A stretch of 12,915 bases of DNA from Candidatus Hodarchaeota archaeon (GTDB taxonomy: Archaea; Asgardarchaeota; Heimdallarchaeia; Hodarchaeales; Hodarchaeaceae). The notes beneath the pieces were generated by a model. That model worked only from the letters and a program-made list of their open reading frames with translations, searched no databases and was not told the DNA's origin. The stretch spans positions 1-12,915 of the forward strand of contig JAEOTM010000082.1 in the NCBI GenBank assembly GCA_016839815.1, read 5' to 3'. Every line of letters starts with the position of its first letter. Position 1 is the stretch's first letter. The position numbers and the translations under genes were made by a program. Positions 6,847-12,915 of this stretch are shown piece by piece.

Positions 6847-9000
6847 TTGTCTTTATGTGTGAGTTGGTTGGTGAAAACGTACCCAGTATTATTCATAACT
6901 TTATTACTGGTTTTTTCTTACAGTAATGCGGATTCAGTCCATAACCATCATAATGTGACTGCTTTTTCTCTAACGTCACACGCCAGTAGCACTGATTTTA
7001 CTAATTCTACAGTTATCCAGTCAGGAATTCCTCAAGAAGGGGTTTTTACAAGTGAGAATAAAACTCACTACTGGAAGTTAGAAGATGTTAATCAAGGCCA
7101 AGTTGTATATCTTTCTCTTACCCCATACAGTGAAATGGAAATAGATCTTTATCGACCATCAGGAGAAAGTTTCTCCCAAATCTTAGAACCTACTGGAAGC
7201 TTAACCGATTATCTTGCTTCTTGGTCGGCAAATGATGATGGGGATTGGATAATTGCTATAAACGATACACGTGTGGCTCCTGATCTAAATGTTACTTACT
7301 CTGTTTTAGTATTTATGCCAAACTCAGCCTTTAGTTTAGATTCAGCCATACTAGTCAATGAGCTTCCAGTTAGAGCAAACTTTACAGTTAGTCATGAAAG
7401 CCATTATTGGAAGGTGTTGCTAAAAGAAAATCAGGTCGGAATATTAAATTTGCGGGAAATCACACCAATTGTACTACGGGAGTCTATAATTACAATATAC
7501 AGAAAGCTCAATCCCCAAAATCCAATTCTTCTCCCATTTGATATATTACAGAGCAATTATAGCTATTCATGGAATGCACCCGCGACAGATACATATTTTG
7601 TGGTCATTACACATAAATCAGAATTCCCTATAGGTCAATATAATATTTCATTTACAGTTGAGTCTGCTGGGTATAGTTTTGAAACCGCACAGGAGATACC
7701 TTTTAATCAGACATTTGCCATCAAAGTTGAACAGGGATTTATTCCTCGTAAACGCTATTATTTCAAATTTAGAATTAATGCAAGCCGTACTATCGCGAAT
7801 ATCCGTGTATTTGAGGTGAATACTACAACATCTACAATATTAGACTATGCGATCGTCGAAATCTTCGATGAGGGTCGTCAAGAACCAATTTTCTTACCCT
7901 GGCATGAGGAACAACAGAAAAGAGATGGTCAGATAAATATCTCTGAAAGGCTTGATGCTGGTATTTATTATCTACGAGTTACACCAGAGTCCAATGCAGT
8001 TGGTACGTTTCAAATATTCTTAGAATATCGTTTACCACAACCGTTCGTATGGAGTATCGTCGCAATTCTTCTAAATATATGTACAATCGTCGTACTTCCC
8101 GTTTATTTAATTTATCTGGATTCTAGAGGAAAGTGGTATAGAGTAAATCAATGGACGGTTGCTACTTCTCTCCAAAATACCTTTAAAATTTTCAGAAATA
8201 GTTTCAGAGGAATATATAATATTAAGGAAGTACCTAGTGACTCTATATTGATTCATATTGCCAGTATTCCTTTTCGGACGTATTCTATCCTAAATTTTGT
8301 GGAATCTTCAGAGAATGAAACACTGGTTTTCTCAAAGCGAATTAATCGTAAATATGAATGGGGAATATACATCCTTGTAGGTTTATTTGTATTTGATGCT
8401 ATGAATATTATATCCTATATTTTGTTTTCTATCCAATTTCTTCCAATTTATTTCACGAATTTAACGTCCCTTATATTATTCTTAGCAATTCCAACCATTG
8501 CATTACTACTCATTGTGTTATTCATTAATGGATCATCATATATGACTTATAGTCAGGTACACAACCGAATATCGTACATATTACAGAATATTGAAGATTC
8601 GGAAGAGAATACGATGTCTTCATTAAGTATGGATCCAATTCAAGCCGCGAAGAGTATAAACTATGTGAGAGTCTTATGGAATCAAGCGAGACACGCTTTT
8701 AAGAGCCAAAATTACGAACTGTTCGTGATCAAAGCCGATGCAGCAGTGAAAAATTTACTCTCCACAAGATTCTTGCAAATCTGTCCTATAAATACCCAAA
8801 CAAAAGCAGATTTTCAAACTCAAGTAGTAGAATTAAGGAAACGAGGATTTGACCTGCCTAATGAGAAAAAAATTGCCCATTTTAGAAATCTTCGGAATAG
8901 GATAGTTCATTCATCAGTTACATTAGGTGAGAAAGAATCTGTTGATTGTTTCGCCTATTATTCCACGTTTATCACTCGATTAGGACTTCGTCCCACGTAA
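6847..9000 (+). CDS. Membrane protein: signal peptide, 3 PPC-like beta-sandwich repeats, 3 TM helices, C-terminal HEPN-like domain (start TTG 6847, or GTG 6871)
   Basis: Hydrophobic N-terminus ending SNA|DS. Three ~110-aa repeats (HYWK/HYWK/YYFK ... GDWII/DTYFV/GIYYL). TM segments at aa ~400-424, ~505-532 and ~540-560. The C-terminus has WNQARHAFKSQNYELFVIKADAAVKNLL and RNLRNRIVH (R-x4-H at nt 8893-8910). Confidence 0.75.
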   Translation: MSLCVSWLVKTYPVLFITLLLVFSYSNADSVHNHHNVTAFSLTSHASSTDFTNSTVIQSGIPQEGVFTSENKTHYWKLEDVNQGQVVYLSLTPYSEMEIDLYRPSGESFSQILEPTGSLTDYLASWSANDDGDWIIAINDTRVAPDLNVTYSVLVFMPNSAFSLDSAILVNELPVRANFTVSHESHYWKVLLKENQVGILNLREITPIVLRESIITIYRKLNPQNPILLPFDILQSNYSYSWNAPATDTYFVVITHKSEFPIGQYNISFTVESAGYSFETAQEIPFNQTFAIKVEQGFIPRKRYYFKFRINASRTIANIRVFEVNTTTSTILDYAIVEIFDEGRQEPIFLPWHEEQQKRDGQINISERLDAGIYYLRVTPESNAVGTFQIFLEYRLPQPFVWSIVAILLNICTIVVLPVYLIYLDSRGKWYRVNQWTVATSLQNTFKIFRNSFRGIYNIKEVPSDSILIHIASIPFRTYSILNFVESSENETLVFSKRINRKYEWGIYILVGLFVFDAMNIISYILFSIQFLPIYFTNLTSLILFLAIPTIALLLIVLFINGSSYMTYSQVHNRISYILQNIEDSEENTMSSLSMDPIQAAKSINYVRVLWNQARHAFKSQNYELFVIKADAAVKNLLSTRFLQICPINTQTKADFQTQVVELRKRGFDLPNEKKIAHFRNLRNRIVHSSVTLGEKESVDCFAYYSTFITRLGLRPT
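6991..8028 (+). repeat. Three tandem diverged protein-level repeats (PPC-like), approx. nt 6991-7317, 7324-7659, 7666-8028
   Basis: Each unit has an F/L-x-x-A/S-x-x-I/V start (FTNSTVI, LDSAILV, FETAQEI), an aromatic-aromatic-K strand, an I/L-Y/F strand, a W/Y-hydrophobic strand and a terminal Y/F strand. Confidence 0.7.
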
Positions 9001-9118
9001 ATACGTAAAACAGAGGTTTCTTTTTAATTGAAATTTCTTGCATATAACATAAGGTTATTTAAAGGGATAAGAGGTTCAAAAAAATCAAGAAAGTGTAAAA
9101 AATCTGGATGAGTATTCC

Positions 9119-9388
9119 ATGACGAAGACCACTCTTGAAGAAGTACAACTTCCAAACTCTTGTAAAAAGGTATACAGTGTAATTCTTGAAGAGGGACCCG
9201 TAAGTTCCAAGGAAATTGTCGCACGCGTTTCCTGCTCGACCAGGTCAGTCCGATACGCGCTAAAAAGACTTTTGGATGATGAATACGTCGAAAAACGTCC
9301 ATGTTTATCAGATATGAGACAGACCTTATATTGTGCAAATATCAATAAAATCAAGGGAGAAATTTACTCTTTCAGAAAAGTATTATGA
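9119..9388 (+). CDS. Small winged helix-turn-helix (MarR-like archaeal) transcription regulator
   Basis: LPNSCKKVYSVILEEGPVSSKEI...STRSVRYALKRL...DMRQTLY fits the archaeal LPxSxKxV...RTVRYAL...DxRQxxY wHTH pattern. Confidence 0.85.
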   Translation: MTKTTLEEVQLPNSCKKVYSVILEEGPVSSKEIVARVSCSTRSVRYALKRLLDDEYVEKRPCLSDMRQTLYCANINKIKGEIYSFRKVL

Positions 9389-9390
9389 GA

Positions 9391-9399
9391 TTTTTTTTT
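9391..9399 (+). terminator. Oligo-T terminator after the wHTH gene
   Basis: T-run starting 1-2 nt after the TGA, between convergent genes. Confidence 0.55.
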
Positions 9400-9439
9400 A
9401 ATCCCAATAAATCAACCTTTTAATCTTAGTAGATTGTCC

Positions 9440-10678
9440 TCATTTTCCACCAATTTTTATTGAGCTTTTCGCTAATCTATGATTTTCACCAATGTAACAA
9501 TCAGCTTTGATTACTCGACCGTCAAAATGAGTCTGTTCTAGATCAAATTTGAATGTGTTTTCGAAGGAAAAGGTTTCACCTTCTGCAAGGGAACTAATCA
9601 GTTTCTCTTCAGTTCCCTGAGAAATCGAGACTCCCTCAGGTAGTTCGATTTTAATTTTAATATTCTGTATTGAGATTTTCCCAATATTTTCCACAAAAAA
9701 TGTAACCATGTATTCTAAATCCTCTTCAATCATCTCAGATTCCATTCTCAGATTCATTGCAGGTTCTGCATCTTTTGCTTCAATCGTATACAAATTTGAG
9801 TTACTCGGATATTCTCCCTCTTCATTTGGTATACTGTAAGTTATCATCAATGGACCTACCTGCCAACTTCCAGGTAGATTGGGAATCAAGGCAAAGTTGA
9901 TTGTATAATTTTCTCCTGTACTAAGCTTTAAGGGTAACTCTGGTGTGGTAGCTGAAATTAATCTCCCTTGAGAACCAGTCTTCAAAAAAACTGTATTTAC
10001 AGAGATCGGTGCATGGGCTGTAAGGGCCGCTGATAATAAAAACTCGGATCCCTTCTCTATTATTTGGTTCTTCTCACCTATAAAAACCTCTGACTGGCAA
10101 AGAGAACATCTCTGCATAATTTCCTCTGCTTTTTTCTTAATTTCAACAAATTCTTCAGGAATAGCAATTGTGGGTAATGGTTCATGTTCAACAAATGTCT
10201 CAGAAGAATGAATCAATGTCCATGCTAGTTTTATCGCTTTACCATATGAATCCTCTAAACTTCGTTTATTTGAATCATAGATAGACGAGAGCTTTTCAAA
10301 ATTTTTTTCTGAGAGGTAAATTAAGAATTGTAAGTATTTTATTTTGTTAGAAGCGATTTTAGGCTTTTTACTTGAACGGATCATTTGGAGTGTACGATCA
10401 ATGCTTTGAAATATCTCTCTATTAGATTTACGCTCCGCAGTAACTCGTAGTATTTGCTGATAATACAATTCAGATGCATTTTCATACATTTTAGCTTTTT
10501 CTGCAGACAAAGCAGCGTTATCAAGAGCTAATAGTTTCATTTCTTTTGTATCGAATTGTTGATAAGCTTTTTGAAACATTTTATGTGCTGCTTTAAAATT
10601 ATTTTTCTCAAAGGCTGATCTTCCCTTTTCAAAATTCGTTTGGGGATCTACACCTAGGATTCGTCGAATGAAAGACAT
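9440..10678 (-). CDS. Cytoplasmic TPR/alpha-solenoid protein with two C-terminal Ig-like (BatD/CARDB/ASH-like) domains
   Basis: aa ~12-190 are helical with a TPR pattern (FEKGRSAFEKNNFKAAHKMFQKA; NAALSAEKAKMYENASELY). aa ~193-302 and ~306-410 have Ig-fold motifs (LSTGENYTINF...PGSWQVGPLMITY; VENIGK...NIKIKIELPEGV...LAEGETFSF). No signal peptide or TM. GGTG SD 5 nt upstream of the ATG. Confidence 0.7.
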   Translation of the reverse strand: MSFIRRILGVDPQTNFEKGRSAFEKNNFKAAHKMFQKAYQQFDTKEMKLLALDNAALSAEKAKMYENASELYYQQILRVTAERKSNREIFQSIDRTLQMIRSSKKPKIASNKIKYLQFLIYLSEKNFEKLSSIYDSNKRSLEDSYGKAIKLAWTLIHSSETFVEHEPLPTIAIPEEFVEIKKKAEEIMQRCSLCQSEVFIGEKNQIIEKGSEFLLSAALTAHAPISVNTVFLKTGSQGRLISATTPELPLKLSTGENYTINFALIPNLPGSWQVGPLMITYSIPNEEGEYPSNSNLYTIEAKDAEPAMNLRMESEMIEEDLEYMVTFFVENIGKISIQNIKIKIELPEGVSISQGTEEKLISSLAEGETFSFENTFKFDLEQTHFDGRVIKADCYIGENHRLAKSSIKIGGK

Positions 10679-10778
10679 ATAGACACCGTAACTTAAATTA
10701 CTATTAATAGATCAAAGAATTCTGCTCCCTTTTGAAAGTTATCAGAAGGAGGGGAATGATCCAAAGAAAGACAAATTT

Positions 10779-11183
10779 CTATGAAGATCTAATAAATTCA
10801 ATTAATTCTCTTTCTCGCTCCTTAAGAAGCAGAATTAATTTTCCCTTCAACTTTTCTGCATTTTTTTCAGTCTTCCCCAAATCATAGACTCTGCGAGAGA
10901 GTTCAATATCACCTAATACGTAATTAATCCATAATGCGAGATCTGAACGGACGACTGGGCCATCTAATTGCTGGGGTTCGAAAATGTTTTGAGTAGTTTC
11001 TCTAAAAACATGAAATTGAGTAATAGTTGCTGGTATTTCTGATAATGTGGAAATTAATTCTGACAAATTGGAAATTGTAGCGATAGTTCTACCCTGATTT
11101 CCAATGAACCGAAACGCAAGTTCAGGACTGCATTTTTTGAACATATCCTTAGCAGAAGTATGAGAGATTTCTATTCCAGCCAC
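10779..11183 (-). CDS. DUF5752-like small protein
   Basis: Pattern AFRF...G...SNLSEL...IP...QFH...SDLALWINYVLGDIELSRRV is characteristic of DUF5752. GTG start. Confidence 0.7.
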   Translation of the reverse strand: MAGIEISHTSAKDMFKKCSPELAFRFIGNQGRTIATISNLSELISTLSEIPATITQFHVFRETTQNIFEPQQLDGPVVRSDLALWINYVLGDIELSRRVYDLGKTEKNAEKLKGKLILLLKERERELIEFIRSS

Positions 11184-11622
11184 AGTTGTTCACTAAGGGC
11201 CCCCGACAAATTCAGTTTATTAAATATTTCCTTATTATTTTGCATTTAATTGCATTAAGGTCTGTTTTTTTGTTTATTAAGACCAAATCCTGCTATTTTT
11301 TTTTGCTTTCTAAATAGAACCAGTGTTTTTTGATACCTTGAGAGGACAATTTTCCTTAAATCAGAAATAAACCCTTGTTTTTTTAGCAAATCACCTACGA
11401 TTTACATTCTATAGTCAAAAATTGTTAATTGCATGAAATATCAAGTTATATGTATAATAATCAATTATTTCCTGTCTTATGGGATTGATTTGGTTATCTA
11501 ATCTTATTGCACTAATATTAGGTTATTTAAAAGCGATATAGGGCCAAAAAAATGGAAATCTTGGTACACTAAATTCCAAAAAAATTTTCAAGTAGAATCA
11601 AAAAACATAGGTTGACGGACAA

Positions 11623-11910
11623 ATGACCCCAATACGAGAGATTGAATGGGAAATTGCCAAAGGAAAAGTTTTGGAAAATCAAAAGAATGCTGAATTAGCC
11701 AGTGCTTATGGGATTTCTCATGAAAATAATGTCTCACGCATCTATTCACGTTTTATTGAGAAAATTGAGCAGACAGAAAAAGACCTTTTACAAGCAATTG
11801 AACTTGGACTATATACTCCAGTCTGGTTAGATATTCGGAAAAAACCAGGATCATCAAATTCTCTCTTAGAATACTTAAAATCTGAATTGGAAAATGCCAT
11901 TTCAGATTAA
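11623..11910 (+). CDS. Small HTH DNA-binding protein (sigma70 region 4/Tfx-like HTH)
   Basis: KNAELASAYGISHENNVSRIYSRFIEKIE matches the ELA-x3-GIS-x(3-4)-VSR HTH pattern followed by an amphipathic helix. Confidence 0.6.
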   Translation: MTPIREIEWEIAKGKVLENQKNAELASAYGISHENNVSRIYSRFIEKIEQTEKDLLQAIELGLYTPVWLDIRKKPGSSNSLLEYLKSELENAISD

Positions 11911-11911
11911 T

Positions 11912-12913
11912 CTAGTAAAGAATTTTTCTTATGATTGATTTTTTTTTGCTAATCTCCCTCTCAACATCTAGATAATTTTTTGACGTTCCTACAAGTGCGC
12001 AGATAGGAAATTCGTCATGCGATAGGATTCCTGGTAAATTGCGTTGAGTAGCTAGATCATAGGGGATGATGGGCACTGGAGTTGACTTGGGAATATATAC
12101 TGGAATTTTGAATCCTTGTTTGAGATCTCCTGGAAGGTTGGTCACGTCTTTTATCTTTCCTAATAAAAATGGAGTAACTTTCCCACACGTTTTCTTCATC
12201 CATAGATCTATATTCTCGTCAGGAAGAGTATTACAGGAGAATGGGACAGCTTGATTTTCACACACCCCAAAAAAGAATGTTATTACCCCCTTTAGATTTA
12301 GGTGTTTTATGATATCGATGAAGGGAGAATCTTTAATTAATAACGAAATCCTTGCAGAATACGGGTAATAAGCGTTTCTTTCTAGATCCCTCCCAAAAAA
12401 TTTATGACCTTCAGGTGGTTTTACAACTTGAAATCCTAGAGGGATTATGGTTTGGTTTGTTGAAAAGAATCCTACACAGTAAATATCTTTAAAAGGGAGA
12501 AAAAATCCCTCTGACGATTCCTGTTTTAGATTTTCATAATTGATTTCAGGTGTGACACTATAAACGTTCAAATTTGTAATAAAAAATCCAGTAGTTGGTG
12601 TTTTTAGAAATTCTTCTTTAGTTACTTGCTTCAAATATACATTAAAATTAGGAAATTCATCAAGTAAAGTTTTAATAAAAGTTTTATTGGATATTACAGT
12701 TTTTAAGGATTCTTGGGTTGTTATTGGGATTTCACAATAATCTCTGAGTTTTTTTATTAATTCTGGAGACCTATGAAAAGGTGCAAGTGGTAACAACAAA
12801 TCAAATTCTTGTTCTTCCAACATAATTTCTGAGATCTCAAACAGTAAATCCACAGTGCGTTTCCGTTTTTTCCTACTGAGTAAGACATTAGCTTCTTGTT
12901 TAAGAAGAGAAAA
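11912..12913 (-). CDS. Degenerate ATP-grasp domain protein (COG2232-like), 5' truncated by the window end
   Basis: The frame is open past the GTG at 12853 to the window edge (FSLLKQEANVLLSRKKRKRT-VDLL...). ATP-grasp-like layout: VISNKTF, LGFQ...FFG, HLNLKGVITFFF...FSCN, and C-terminal VYIP...PG...EFPICAL. Confidence 0.55.
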   Translation of the reverse strand, partial: FSLLKQEANVLLSRKKRKRTVDLLFEISEIMLEEQEFDLLLPLAPFHRSPELIKKLRDYCEIPITTQESLKTVISNKTFIKTLLDEFPNFNVYLKQVTKEEFLKTPTTGFFITNLNVYSVTPEINYENLKQESSEGFFLPFKDIYCVGFFSTNQTIIPLGFQVVKPPEGHKFFGRDLERNAYYPYSARISLLIKDSPFIDIIKHLNLKGVITFFFGVCENQAVPFSCNTLPDENIDLWMKKTCGKVTPFLLGKIKDVTNLPGDLKQGFKIPVYIPKSTPVPIIPYDLATQRNLPGILSHDEFPICALVGTSKNYLDVEREISKKKSIIRKILY

Positions 12914-12915
12914 AC

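Noticed and set aside
1-9000. Functional link between dnaK-dnaJ and the receptor-HEPN protein (BiP-IRE1 analogy)
   Set aside because: They are separated by 5.6 kb and four unrelated genes. DnaJ has no signal peptide, so the chaperones would not reach the ectodomain. Proximity alone is not evidence.
9108-9122. Mini-uORF MSIP* overlapping the wHTH start (ATGA)
   Set aside because: Four-codon ORFs arise often by chance, and nothing else supports it.
9024-9354. Two minus-strand ORFs (104 aa, 89 aa)
   Set aside because: Antisense to the well-supported wHTH gene.
12066-12254. 62-aa plus-strand ORF
   Set aside because: Antisense shadow of the ATP-grasp-like gene.
1-12915. CRISPR arrays, tRNA/rRNA genes, IS elements or integrases
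   Set aside because: No regularly spaced direct repeats, GC-rich structured RNA segments, terminal inverted repeats or transposase/integrase motifs were seen.

Overview
AT-rich archaeal window, most likely Asgard (Heimdallarchaeia/Hodarchaeales-like). This is inferred from archaeosine genes, GGTG(AT) Shine-Dalgarno sites, T-tract terminators and several eukaryote-like domains. The housekeeping left part holds the 3' end of dnaK, dnaJ (apparently starting at a CTG codon, upstream of the ORF-track start) and an overlapping arcS-raSEA archaeosine pair. The 4.5-10.7 kb block is unusual. It contains (i) a degenerate FtsZ/tubulin-fold protein fused to a longin-like domain, (ii) a CINP/C1orf109-like helical protein, (iii) a membrane protein with three sequon-rich PPC-like extracellular repeats and a cytoplasmic HEPN-like domain with an intact R-x4-H motif (a candidate receptor-RNase) followed by a Cys-rich winged-helix regulator, and (iv) a cytoplasmic TPR + tandem Ig-fold protein with a TRAPP-large-subunit-like architecture. 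The right end has a DUF5752-like protein, a small HTH protein and a 5'-truncated, degenerate ATP-grasp protein. No rRNA, tRNA, CRISPR array or mobile element was seen. All family calls are by eye from remembered motifs; no searches were run.
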